Source of the DNA: Harriotta raleighana | Lineage: Eukaryota | Length of the DNA stretch: 64,000 nucleotides | Assembly: GCA_050575255.1 (NCBI GenBank) | Contig: JBNZDD010013695.1 | Span: 6,320,248 to 6,384,247 of the forward strand | Direction of reading: 5' to 3' | Shown: piece by piece, positions 37,998-50,500 of the stretch | How the letters are laid out: each line of letters starts with the position of its first letter | Position numbering within the stretch: position 1 is the stretch's first letter | Notes under the pieces: model-generated | Told to the model about the DNA's origin: nothing | The model's input: the letters and a program-made list of their open reading frames with translations, nothing else | Database searches by the model: none | Position numbers and translations under genes: made by a program

Positions 37998-40975
37998 AGT
38001 GGTGATGACATGGAGTATTGGAGCCAAAGCCAGAAAAACACCAAATTGTGGCTGACAATTTCTAACTGTTCATCTGCTTCCAATCACTGATCAAACCCAC
38101 TCTGTGTTTGAACAGTTTGTTGTGCTTGGCTGTGTTTTACTTTGTGGCCTCTTCTTTCGGCTGCCAATGAGTGCAGTACAGCCTTGTGCTGGCTCTCAGG
38201 TCCGACCAGAGCTGAGCACAGAGTCTCTCTCCGTTGCTATTGGTGTCCTATAGTGCAGTGATTAGCGCGTTCGCCTCACATTCGAGAGGACCTAGATTTG
38301 ATTCCCAGGCAGCCTAAACCTTAGTCAGGTTTCCTCACACCAGAGACATACACACACACACACATGCCTCTGTTTACCTGGCGGTAAGTCAGTTGTTAAT
38401 TGATTGGTGGATCACTTTCTGGGGGAGGTGATAATCCCTCAAAAAGAAACAATGTGGTCTCTCAATCCACAACTGATTGTGGAGACGCTGCTGTGCGCAA
38501 TTTGCTGCCAAGTTTTGCCCTCCAAAAATTCAGTCACTTACAGTTGACAGTTTATTCTATGAAGCGTTTTGAGACGTCTAGAAGCCGTGATTCAGAGGAA
38601 AAGCGAGGTCAGGCTCAGTGGTCTGTTCGGTTCCAAAGATTTGTTGGTAAGAAAGTTGTGCATCTTACAGCCTGACATTCATTCGCTCTCATTGTTGCAG
38701 CTGGAGGCACATCTGCTGCCCATTTACAGCCTGCGATCAGGTTTATGTGAAGCTTCAGACAACCGCTGTGTCTGGGGTGCGGGGGTAACGGAGGGAGAGA
38801 AACATGGGGTGGGAGGGAAGAAACCCCATTCATTCCAACCAGCCCACAGTTCCCAGTAGCAACAACAACTTGCATGCATATAGCCTCCCGCGCCCCCTGA
38901 CTCCCAGTAACATACAACAAATATGGCCAGTTATAACATATACCATAATATAACATAGCCAGTTACAGGCTGTCCCTGCACACAACTCAGCTCCAATTGT
39001 ATAAATACTGATTGCTCCTCAGGCTGAGCAGGTTAATTTAAATTTACCTGAAATTTGAACCAGCAGATACACATTTCTCTCTCATTATAATGCTCCCTGG
39101 CAGCTAGACACTAACTAACTCCACACAGCGTCCGACAAGAGAGTGTAATGTAGAAGGAGCTTTACTCTGTCTCTAATCCATTACTGTCATTGACCTGGGA
39201 ATGAGAACACACAGTATGTGAGAACTCAGTATTAAGAGCATTAGCTGCTATAGAGTTAAAGCACATACTGTGGCCCTGTGAGCATGAGCAGCTTGGTGTA
39301 TTGAAATTAAAGCCTGGCTCAGTATCCCCCGCTGCTATATAACAGATTTGTATTTCAAAGACTGCAGGAGAGTTGGGTCTTTCACTGTATTAAAGCCTCT
39401 GCCAGACTGACAGCAGAGCCAGAGCCCCAGAGAGACAAAGCCAGGGCCAGATCCAGATCCAGAGAGAGAGGCAGAGCCAGGAGAGACCAGCACTTCATTC
39501 CTCTCCAGCCCCCTCCCTTCCTCCTACCAAACCCCACTCCCCCACCCTCCCCAGCTCAGCTTTGGGCTCCACCACTGTCTTGCGCCTTAGGACGCATGCT
39601 GCCGTCTGTGAGAGACTATGTGTAAACACAAGCTGTTGTTGCTGTTGTTGTGAAAGACGAAGTCGGGTTAGTGTTTTAAGTGTGAGCAGTGGTCAGGAAT
39701 AGGTAGAGTCCAGCACCTGTCACTCTGTATCTGAGCTGATGTGTAGGCAGAGATGCAGAGTGATCAGGTTAGAGAGCTAATCACTAACAAGATGATTATA
39801 ACCAGGAGGAGAGAGCAAGTAGCAAACAACATTAGTATAGATTTTGGACTGAAATTAACCAGCAAAGTACAGTTACATTACGACTAGCAGCCAGCTCGGG
39901 ATCTGTGGAAAAAAAACGCTGAGAGTGGAACCTTCCGGAAGCTTTGCGTTGCATGATTTCAGACATTAGCCATGACAGACAGTCTCTCAACTTCGCTCTG
40001 TGGAAAAGTTCCATTAAACTTCTGCAAAAGCACTTTGAACTGTTAATAAACCCCATCCATTTCAAATACCTTACGGGGATGTCAGTGATTTTAATGGTTG
40101 CTTTGTTATATATACAGTGTATATATAGCCTTTAGCTACAAAAACCTACATATCTGTCCAAGTAAAGCATTCCAGAAATCAAATGGCTCCGATGTGTACA
40201 ATATATCAGGCGGGTTATTATTACCCATTTAAAAAAGATAAAATTGGTCATTTCAATCCCCAACTTGTCTATGGGGGACACTGCTCTGCGCAATTGGCTG
40301 CCGCGTAGGGTCCACAAATACACAGTCACTTCACTTTACAGTATATCCTGTGAAGCACTTTGAAGCACAGTCTAGATAGAAGACATGAAAGGCGCAATAT
40401 CAAATGCAAGGATTATTTTATTTATTTAAAGAAGGTTGACTGTCTATCTTGCGTTAAGACACTATATCCAATGGAAGGATTATTAATATTATTATTATCT
40501 ATTACTTGGTCTTGATTGTGGTCAGAACTGATCTGTGTATTGCTCATGAGTCCCAGCTCATGAATGGTAATGTGTTGTGAAAGTTGTTTTAAAATCCCCC
40601 TGAGAACCTGGTGCCAGTTGTTATGCAGTGTTCCTGCACAATTTCTGTGCTTCACAACAACATGTGGAATGAATTGTGCGGGTTTGATATTGAATCTATC
40701 AGATTTGCACAACAGATGGAAAAGGCAGAAAACATTTTGTAATGCTTTCTCGATAGAGTCGAATCATGTGATTTTCTTGCACAAGATGTGTGTTTTTTAA
40801 AGCGAAAAGGAACACACATTTGTGTCCTCAAAAGGATCAATGGTGTGACAATCAATCACTAATAATAACTCACCAACCAGCCAACAATCCTCTGCCTGCC
40901 TCACTCACTCACTACTGTGCGCAATTGGCTGCCGTGTTTCGCCCACATATGTACAGTCAGTTCATTTTTCATATT

Positions 40976-43352
40976 CGCCCACAAATATATAGTCAATTCA
41001 CTTTACAGTACATTCTGTGAAGCGCTTTGAGACATCTCAAACACATGAAAAGCATTATATTGAATACAAGGATTATATTATTATTTACATATTGTGAAGC
41101 GCTTTGAGACATCTCGAAGACATGATAATGCTAGGATTATTATTTTTTTTTTGTGATATAAAGAGAGTGAAGAAGGGGGATTAGAGTCGAGAGGCAACTT
41201 TAGGAACGATGGGCTGAATAGCCTCCTTTCTGTCTTGTATAATTGTTTCATGTGTGAGACAGAATCTTGGCCTCTGGTTGATTGCCGACATGAGAGCCCC
41301 TGATCAGACAGTTAATGTTAATTGCTAAACGTTACAGCCGGTCTCTCTTATCACGTCGTCGCCAATAATATTTGAATTAGCCGCAGATAAGCAAAGTGTT
41401 TAGAAGATCCTGTGATCCCAACTCTGTAATAATTCCAGGTTTCACATTCTAGCTGTTCCCAGGCGGCCTTGAGTTTGCCAACAAGGCTCTGAGCCAAACA
41501 CACCGTGCAGGAGCCAATAAAAATCCCCAGTCTGTGTGGGGTTAGCTCATCTACACCCAGAGTCACAGCTCTGAATAGTAGTAATAATAATAATCCTTAC
41601 ATTTGGATTTCCTTGATCACGTCTTTGAGACGTCTGAAAGCACTTCACAGGATAGAAGTGACTGTGTATTTTGGGGTTGAAACGCGACAGCCAATTGCAC
41701 ACAGCTGTGTCCCACAAACAGTCATGGGTCGAATTGACTCATTCATTACTATTATTATTATTATTATTTTATTTTGAAGGAATTATTAACCCCGGAAAAG
41801 TGATCCGCCAATTGAGTAACAATCAGGTTCCTACTTACTGTTAGGTAAACCGAGGCGTGTGGAGTAAGGAAACCTGCCCAACATTTTGCCCTGCCGAGAA
41901 TGGCACTCAGGTCTCTTACTGGTGAGCGGGGCAAGTCCTCTAAACACTGAGCTACAGGATTATATATGTGTGTCACCCAGCTCACGCCTCCCCAGCCAAA
42001 GCAGTCTGTCAGTGTAACACAGTAAGGATTTGTACTGGTAATGACATTTGTAGCATTAAAACACATTTTTTACGTGTGTCTGTGTGTGGTTCAATTTTAG
42101 GCCTTTCTGGGTTCTTTGGGCTGAGCCTATATCCACTCCCTCTACAACAACAACAACAACAANCGCCCACAAATATATAGTCAATTCACTTTACAGTACA
42201 TTCTGTGAAGCGCTTTGAGACATCTCAAACACATGAAAAGCATTATATTGAATACAAGGATTATATTATTATTTACATATTGTGAAGCGCTTTGAGACAT
42301 CTCGAAGACATGATAATGCTAGGATTATTTTTAATTTTTTTTGTGATATAAAGAGAGTGAAGAAGGGGGATTAGAGTCGAGAGGCAACTTTAGGAACGAT
42401 GGGCTGAATAGCCTCCTTTCTGTCTTGTATAATTGTTTCATGTGTGAGACAGAATCTTGGCCTCTGGTTGATTGCCGACATGAGAGCCCCTGATCAGACA
42501 GTTAATGTTAATTGCTAAACGTTACAGCCGGTCTCTCTTATCACGTCGTCGCCAATAATATTTGAATTAGCCGCAGATAAGCAAAGTGTTTAGAAGATCC
42601 TGTGATCCCAACTCTGTAATAATTCCAGGTTTCACATTCTAGCTGTTCCCAGGCGGCCTTGAGTTTGCCAACAAGGCTCTGAGCCAAACACACCGTGCAG
42701 GAGCCAATAAAAATCCCCAGTCTGTGTGGGGTTAGCTCATCTACACCCAGAGTCACAGCTCTGAATAGTAGTAATAATAATAATCCTTACATTTGGATTT
42801 CCTTTATCACGTCTTTGAGACGTCTGAAAGCACTTCACAGGATAGAAGTGACTGTGTATTTTGGGGTTGAAACGCGACAGCCAATTGCACACAGCTGTGT
42901 CCCACAAACAGTCATGGGTCGAATTGACTCATTCATTACTATTATTATTATTATTATTTTATTTTGAAGGAATTATTAACCCCGGAAAAGTGATCCGCCA
43001 ATTGAGTAACAATCAGGTTCCTACTTACTGTTAGGTAAACCGAGGCGTGTGGAGTAAGGAAACCTGCCCAACATTTTGCCCTGCCGAGAATGGCACTCAG
43101 GTCTCTTACTGGTGAGCGGGGCAAGTCCTCTAAACACTGAGCTACAGGATTATATATGTGTGTCACCCAGCTCACGCCTCCCCAGCCAAAGCAGTCTGTC
43201 AGTGTAACACAGTAAGGATTTGTACTGGTAATGACATTTGTAGCATTAAAACACATTTTTTACGTGTGTCTGTGTGTGGTTCAATTTTAGGCCTTTCTGG
43301 GTTCTTTGGGCTGAGCCTATATCCACTCCCTCTACAACAACAACAACAACAA
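40976..43352. other. About 1.19-kb tandem duplication around a single N (42163); probable assembly artefact
   Basis: 40976-42162 vs 42164-43352; differences seen are one substitution and a poly-T indel. Confidence 0.85.
41583..41958 (-). mobile_element. SINE copy, same family (repeated at 42773-43148 within the artefactual duplication)
   Basis: Full-length reverse copy. Confidence 0.82.
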
Positions 43353-44829
43353 ATTGCATTTGTAAAGTGCCTTTCATGTCAGGAAGAAGTCCCAAGGCGC
43401 TAGACATTGAGGGTTGGGAGAGGGAGGGAGGTGGGGAGAAAGGGATGGAAGGAGGAGGGAGGGTGACTAAAGGCACGGAGGATCTTGAGACACGGACTGA
43501 ACCCCAGCCCAGTAACAGCGCCATCACTTCCTCACAATTATTTCGGTCAGAAGATTGTGGGTTGAAGCCTCATCTGATGCAATGCTGTGGTTCCATATGT
43601 AGCCACAAGAGGGTATTGTGTCATTTTGTTCACACATTTAAAATCTTACTTAAGATTCTCTCTGAGATATCTCTGTGAGCTAACTTGTCCAATCATTGCA
43701 AGTAATAATCCTTGCATTTGATATAGCGCTTTTCGCACCTTCTAGTCGTCTAAAAGCGCTTTGCGGCATCTACTTTAAAATAGAGTGACTGTGAATTGTG
43801 TGGGCGAACCGCCATGACGTCTCAAAGCGTTGAACAGGATTTCACTGTGAAGTGTAGTGACTGTGTTAGCAGGCGAGTGTTTACCCACTGCACAGCAATG
43901 TGTGTGTGTGTGAAGTGAATACTGAAACATCTTGAAGTGCACACTGACGGGCATTGACATGCTTACCCTGATGTTGACGAATGAGAAACCAGGTGGCGCT
44001 GTTGACCAGGTGTAAGAGCTGAGGTGCAGTCACTATGGTTCCTGGGAATTTCTATTTGTTTTCTGCTCCCCGGGGAGATTCCTTCAGTTACAGATAACCA
44101 CAGTCTGTGGAGACATCCGTATAATATCTCGCACAGTGCCCCAAACATCAAATAGCTCCAGCACTTTACAGACAACCACTGGCCAGTGTAATGACTGTGT
44201 TTCTAGGCAACACACAGCAGGGCATTCTGCATTACCTGGTGGATCTTTAGCCAGGACAAACGGCATCAAATCCCTTTTCTATTCCAATAAATAACAATAA
44301 TAATCCTTGCACTTGATAAAGCGCCTTACCATTTCTTCGAGTCGTCATAAAGCGCTTCACAGAATACTCTGTAAAGTGAATGGACTGGATATTTTGTGGG
44401 TGATACGCGACAGACAATTTCGCGCAGCAGCGTCCCCACAAACAACAATAACCACAACAACAAAATTACATTTGTACAGCGCATTTCACGTCCATCGTGG
44501 ATAGAGTGATAGAATTATTGTTCCCAATTTATTTTTGAAGGGATTATTACCCCCAGAAAAGTGAACCGCCGATCAACCAGATTCATTTGAATTTTTGAGT
44601 GTGTTTCAACAACCGGGTTCCGACTTACCGGCCAAGTAAATAGAGATGTGGGGCACCACTGTCTGGTTCCCCTAATCCGCTGGCTCAGTCACTTACCCAC
44701 TCTCGTCACTGGGTCAGAACATTGTGGGAACGTACCCCGTTTCAGGGGCTTTGTCAGAATCTCGGCTCACGCAGGACTTTTATCCATAGATGGAAAGAGA
44801 GGAGGCAGTTTCTCGCCAGGTCCTCCAGA

Positions 44830-45075
44830 TTATTAGGTCATTTGGAGGTTGGTAGGGGGTTAGCAGGTCACAGTGGTATGGTGGGGCAAGGCCATGGAGA
44901 GCTTTAAAGGTGAGGACCAGGATCTTGAATTAAAATCCTCTGAATGATGGGGAGTCAATGGAGTCGGACAAGAATGGGGGAGATGGGGTCATGGAGCTTT
45001 ATGCGGTAGATGCTCTGCAGCCTATGGAGGGAGGAGTTGGGAAGGCTAACAAGCAGGATATTGGCTTAGTCGAGC
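44830..45075 (-). mobile_element. Second, more decayed L2 fragment adjacent to the first
   Basis: Reverse complement reads as degraded LHWLP...FKILVLTFKALHGLAPPY. Confidence 0.7.
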
Positions 45076-45077
45076 CT

Positions 45078-45720
45078 GATTTATATAGCGCCCTCCACGC
45101 CAGAAAGCGTCTCAGAGCATGTCACAATAAGGAATCCCTGGCCCGAGCCTGGGGGAGGGGGGAAAAGGTGACTGAAGGCGCAGTCGAAAAGAAAGGTCTT
45201 CAGCTCAGACCTGAAACCAGGAAGAGAGGGGGCGAGGCAAAAGGAGTGAGGAAGGGAGTTCCAGAGCTTAGGGGCATAGTGGCTGAAAGCATTGCCGCGG
45301 ATGGTGGAGCGGAGAATTCGGGGACAGGAGGAGACCAGAATCGGAGGAGCGAAGGAAACGGGTGCTGAGTTGGGGAGAGAGATCAGAGAGGTAGGCAGTT
45401 GCAGAGGAGTGGAGAGATTGAAAACAAGAGTAAAGTATTTGAAATCAATCCTCTCTGGGTCAGGGAGCCAGTGAAGTCTGGCAAGGACTGGGGTAATCGG
45501 GGAGCGAAGGTTGGTGCGGGTGAGAACGCAGGCGGTAGAGTTCTGAATGAGCTGAATTTTATGGATTGTGGTGGAGCTGAGACCAGCGAGGATTTGCATA
45601 GTTGAGCCGAGAGGTGACAAAGGCATGGACGCAATAAAGACATAAATGAGAATTTCAGCGGCCTGAGGGGTGAGGTAGTGGTGGAATTTGGCAATGTTTC
45701 AGAGGTGAGGGAAGGCAGAC
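45078..45720 (-). mobile_element. L2 LINE 3' fragment (ORF2 C-terminus and tail)
   Basis: IQLIQN...ITPVLARLHWLP..ERIDFK...RGNAFSHYAPKLWNSLP; tail GGCGCTATATAAAT. Confidence 0.92.
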
Positions 45721-47919
45721 ATTTACATACGCACACACAGACCCAGATCAGATGTTTCCTGTTTGCCTAGATGCCCTGTTTCCTCCACTCAGTGCTTCAA
45801 TCTCAGTGCTTTCTCTGGAAATGATGATGTTTGTAATTTCACATCCCCTTTTCTCAGCCCAAATCTCCCTGTGGTTCGTGGTTAGGCACCTGACACATGA
45901 ACACGCAATGCCTGTCAATTGACCAGACACAAGCTGTATATTTGTGTGTGTGTGAGTGAGAGAGTGAATGTAAGTGTGAGTGTGTCTCCACTGGCCAGTT
46001 CCTCATTCTTCATGTGCAGTAAACCTAGGTTGTGATAATTTACACTATTTCTTTCTAACCCATGTTATTATCCACTCTTTGTGTGCGCGTGAGCATGTGT
46101 GAATGAGTGTCTGTGTCCAGTCAGTGTGTATATTCCTGTATATCTGGATACAGACAGCTCCCTTTTCCCCCTCTCTCTCTCGCGCCCCTTTCTCCTGCTC
46201 CTCTCCCCACCCTCCCTCGCTTGAGTGTATATTCCTGTATATCTGTGTGTGCAGAGAGTGTGTGTGAGTAGATAGTGTATGTGTATGTGTCTATATGTGG
46301 ACAGAGTGTATCTGAGAGACATCCAGGTATGTTGAAATCTCAGTATTTATTTCCACTCAAAAGTTGAAGCAGCTTCTTGTTAAAATTGCCGATGATTAAA
46401 AGCGAGAAATCTTTAAAGTAAACGGATAATAAAGTGATCAGAACAAATCCAGCGGGGGCCGACCAATCAGGGAACGGAATTCCTCCACTTCTGTCTGTGT
46501 GTCTGTCTGTCTCTGTGCCTATCTGAGTTTGTCTGAATGTGTCTGTCAGTCTCTGTGTCTATCTGTTGTTGACTTTCAGACAGTCTCCCCTCGTTCACGT
46601 GTGACTGAACTACAGGAGGAGGCTGATTGGTTGTGTTGTGTTTTGCTGTGTTGTGAGAGGGGGAAAAGTCAGAGCTGGGGATTCCAGACCCACAGAGATT
46701 TCCCTCAGAAACCCCCCACTCTCCACTCTCCCTCCCTAAAACTGGCTCATCGAGAAAACACTCAGTCCCGTGGACATGCCTGTCTCCATCTTCTCTTCCT
46801 GGTTGTTTAAAGTGTCCCATTCCCTCGCACATAACTCGCTCTCAGTTCCTCTAAAAACTACATATAGCAAACCCAACCAACCCCAAGAGATGACCACAGC
46901 TTCTGCTCCAATTTGCCCCATTTCCCCTCTCACACAGATAAGACAGGAACTGTCTGGCAGGGCTGAATGGCCTGCTCCCATTCCTATGTCCCAGATAGAT
47001 GAAGCCTTGCTGGTTCATTCCCTTCCCCCAAACTCCACACAGCCATCAACACAGAACATGAGCACCTGAATGCTCTCTCCCTGCTCAGTGAGTGTCTGTC
47101 AGCCACAGCTGAACTTGTCCTGGAAATCAGAGGTTGGGATGATCAGAGGCCAGGACATGATGTTCTTTTAGATGTTTTATTTCTGGTGTTGGGGTTTGTG
47201 GCTAGGTTGGGAGACATGGACATTTCAGCTTGTAATTGGAGACTGTTCAAGTGCACAGACTGATGGGTTTCCACACGCGTAGGATCCCCAAACCTTCCCC
47301 AAAGCCAGGAGCTTTGACTTCCGCACAAACCCCCCCACCCTCCCACTGTCCCAACAAAACATCCAGTACAGACCCCGTTCCCCCCCCCCCACCCCCCTCA
47401 AAGGTAATAGGTGAAAAAACAGAAACAGTAGCTTAGCAAATTGATTATCAAGAAAGCAAATTGATAAAAGGGAACTGAACAATAACAGCCTCCAGCACAG
47501 AGCGGGGGTGGGGGGGTCAGGGCGAGGGGGGTGAATGCGAGGGTGCGGAGAGAGGGCGCAGAGGGAGGGAGGGAGGGGAGGAACAAGTTCATCTGAACTC
47601 AAAGGAGCAAAATCTCCTGGTTTAAAGATCAGCAAAGAATCTAAACTGAATTATTTGTCTGTGAGGGGATGACATTACAATGGCTGCTCCACTGGTGGCA
47701 GGCGAGTGACGCTCAGGGTTTGTGGCTGTGGCTGAGAGACGGGAATTACTCTGTGATCCCGGGAAGGCTGTTTTGGTGACAGTGAAGTGACCGGGGAGGA
47801 AGGGAGTTGACTGAGGAGGCCAGTGGAGAGTGTGAGGAGGGGTAGAGGGCTGAGGGAAAGGGGACATCTCTGTGTCTTGGCCAGGCTGATGCTGTTGAGT
47901 ATTCGGTTCCGATTGTTCA

Positions 47920-48018
47920 TTTATTTTTAAACAAATCAATAAAAGCGATTAATGTGCGGTTATTGCAAGAAGCAGTTCCAGCAAAGCGTCGAGTCACATC
48001 CTCGGGTGCTTCAGTTTC
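47920..48018 (-). other. CD74: Probable CD74 terminal exon with stop (TGA 48011-48013 in phase 1) and AATAAA (47920-47925)
   Basis: Strong acceptor TTTTGTTTTACAG; poly(A) signal about 95 nt in. The penultimate exon is uncertain (candidate 48381-48413). Confidence 0.6.
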
Positions 48019-48779
48019 CTGTAAAACAAAACATGTTTTAGATCAACTGGGTTCATTACAAACCTGCCCACCCCTTAGTGCATGTCTGCCCTCTGTGTGT
48101 GTGTGTGTCTTTGTGTTTGTGTGTTCATGTTTGTGTGCGTGAGTGTGTGAGTATGTGTGTCTGAGTGTGTGTATGGGTGGGGCTGATGTTCTGCAGTGTG
48201 GGTGCTTTATGGATCGTAACAGTGAAGCAGAGCAACCGAGTGACTGAGGGAGTGAGTGACCGAGCGAGCGAGTGAGTGAGCGAGCGAGTGATGGAGGGAG
48301 TGACTGAGTGAGGGAGATGTCCGGCAGGCCAGAGTCTGTGTGACCTAACAACCAGAGAGAGACGGTCAAACACTGGTTACACATGTCAGACTTCCCAGAG
48401 GGAGAGAACCGGGCTGGAGAGGGGCTAACATACACGAGGGGAGGGGGAGGAGAGGAGAGGAAGGGGAGAGAGAAAGGGGGTGGAGGAGAGGGGAATCTGC
48501 CCAGTGTAAGAGGGACGTGTGTGGGAGCGGGACGAGTATGAGACAGCAACAAAAACACAGCAAATAGTACACTGACTACAGACACATTCCGTTCAACTCC
48601 CCGAAACACAGGAAGGTGGGGGCCTGGCAGCTGCTCCCCCTGCCAGCTGCTCCCCCTGCCCTGTCTCAATATCACACCCCACCCACGCTCCCTTTTCCCC
48701 CTCTCTCTCTCGCGCCCCTTTCTCCTGCTCCTCTCCCCACCCTCCCTCGCTTGAGTGTGAAGTGCTGATTGTCACGTAC

Positions 48780-48980
48780 GATCACAGTGGATTTGTCGTC
48801 CTCGGACGCGGGTGCCAGGGATCTCAGTGCCGTTAATCTGGACACACCAGCAGAAGCCAGTGCTGGCATGGCATTGCACGGCAGTGTAGTCACCGTGCTC
48901 GTCACAGGTTGGCAGATAAGCACCAGGCATTGGGTTGATCATTTTACGCGCTTGCTGGCAGTTTGTCATGGCGGGAACCA
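48780..48980 (-). CDS. CD74: CD74 thyroglobulin type-1 domain exon (p41-type exon 6b)
   Basis: Six Cys, P.CDE.G.Y..QC..STG.CWCV..NG.E..GTR pattern; 201 nt, phase 1-1. Confidence 0.93.
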
Positions 48981-49212
48981 CTAGCCAGAGAGGAGAGAAG
49001 GCAACAGGCTCAGTGGGGAGTGCGGGCGAGGAAGTGTGAGACACGGAGAGTGTGTGACACGGAGAGTGTGTGTGAGACATGGAGAGCGTGTGTGAGGAAT
49101 GTGTATTAATAATAATCATAATAATGATGTCTACGAGATTATCAGAAGAGAGTGTGTGCTGGTGGCCAGTGAATGCTGTGTAACGAAGGCTGTGTTAGCC
49201 TGGGCTCCATAC

Positions 49213-49314
49213 CTCTCTCCATCTTGACCTGCACAGGCGCGGCCGTGACTTCATTGTTGGTGTTCAGGGCCATTGGCTTGATTATCATACTGGAGACCAT
49301 CTTCCTTCCTCCAC
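49213..49314 (-). CDS. CD74: Additional symmetric CD74 exon (GGGRKMVSSMIIKPMALNTNNEVTAAPVQVKMER)
   Basis: 102 nt, phase 1-1, open in frame, GTGACAG|G acceptor and GAG|GTATGG donor, between exon 6 and the thyroglobulin exon. Confidence 0.7.
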
Positions 49315-49608
49315 CTGTCACAGGGCAACCGTCAGGACCAGGCATCACCCAACCCAACTACACCCAAAACCCAACTACACCCTAACCCACCTACACCTTT
49401 AACCCAAATAATCCCAACCCACCTACATCCTTAACCCAACTACACCCCAAGCTTCAGGTGGTTGGCAATCACTGCACAAAAACACACTTCATAGTGGGGG
49501 TGAAGGGAAGAGAAGGGAATGTGGCAGAGGGGTGTTAGGGTATTGGGAGGGGGGGTGAGAGGGTCAGGAGAGTGCAGCTGAGGGAGAATCTGTGTTGGGA
49601 TGTCCTAC

Positions 49609-49708
49609 CTTGGGCTTTGGGCCGTGGGGGGATGGTAGATCTGATTTTGGACTGATGTTCCTGGATCAGTTGGAACATAAGCCAGTTGCGAAGCCAAGTC
49701 TCAAACTC
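49609..49708 (-). CDS. CD74: CD74 exon 6 (EFETWLRNWLMFQLIQEHQSKIRSTIPPRPKAQ)
   Basis: FE.W...WL.F motif of the trimerisation domain; 100 nt; AAG|GTAGG donor. Confidence 0.9.
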
Positions 49709-49842
49709 CTGCAAAGAAAGCGATAGTCATTAAAGTCTGTGAAGAGATGGGAGGTTGGGGGGTATGCCAGTTGTTGCTGGGACAACAACTCGAACAACGT
49801 ACTGCTGGGAACCCTCACTGTAACCAATAGCGCATCTCTCAC

Positions 49843-49938
49843 CCTCCACACGGGCTCCTCCACATTGTCGCGCAGGGTCCTCAGGTTGCTGAACAGCGTT
49901 CCCTTCAACTTTGGCAGCTCCTGGGTCAAGTTCTCTTT
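49843..49938 (-). CDS. CD74: CD74 exon 5, trimerisation domain (KENLTQELPKLKGTLFSNLRTLRDNVEEPVWR)
   Basis: 96 nt; resembles human PPLKGSFPENLRHLKNTM..W; canonical splice sites. Confidence 0.9.
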
Positions 49939-50158
49939 CTGAGGAATGGAAACATAACAAGTGACAATATCAGCAGACCCTAACTCCAACCCCCAGCACT
50001 GTCACCCCAATCCCCAGCGCTGCCCCTCAACCCCCACCCTGCCATCCCAATCCCCAGCCCTGCCCCTCAACCCCCAGCCCTGTCACCCAACCCTTCCCTC
50101 AGCGAGCCCCCAACCCTGCTCGCAACCCCAAGAACAGCCTGCCCCCTGTCCCACTCAC

Positions 50159-50221
50159 CTTCAGCAACTCCTCGATCTCTTGCATCAATGTGAGGGGTGG
50201 GGCCTGAGTCGGGGTCTTGTC
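50159..50221 (-). CDS. CD74: CD74 exon 4 (DKTPTQAPPLTLMQEIEELLK)
   Basis: 63 nt, phase 0-0, TTTCACAG acceptor and AAG|GTGAG donor. Confidence 0.85.
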
Positions 50222-50500
50222 CTGTGAAACGACAACAGATGATAATTGGCCGAGTGTGTAGTGGCGTGGGGGAGGGGGGCACTGTGTGAACCCCAGTGTC
50301 AGGCAGCACGGGGGGTGATGGGGAGGAAGGGAGACTGGTCACCGCGGTAACCCCATGGATGGCTCCCATCCCCCCCACCCAGCGCCAGACGTGACCTCGT
50401 TGCCCCCCCCACCCCCTCGGATGATGGATGGAATAGACAGGTGGACACAGAGACCAGAGCCCACACCTCAGCTCCCCCCATCTCACAACACAGCCCATAC

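Noticed and set aside
40976-43352. Apparent recent tandem duplication
   Set aside because: Joined by a single N with haplotype-like differences; typical unmerged contig overlap.
48043-48675. 210-aa minus ORF in the CD74 3' introns
   Set aside because: Low-complexity, microsatellite-derived; only 48381-48413 may be exonic.
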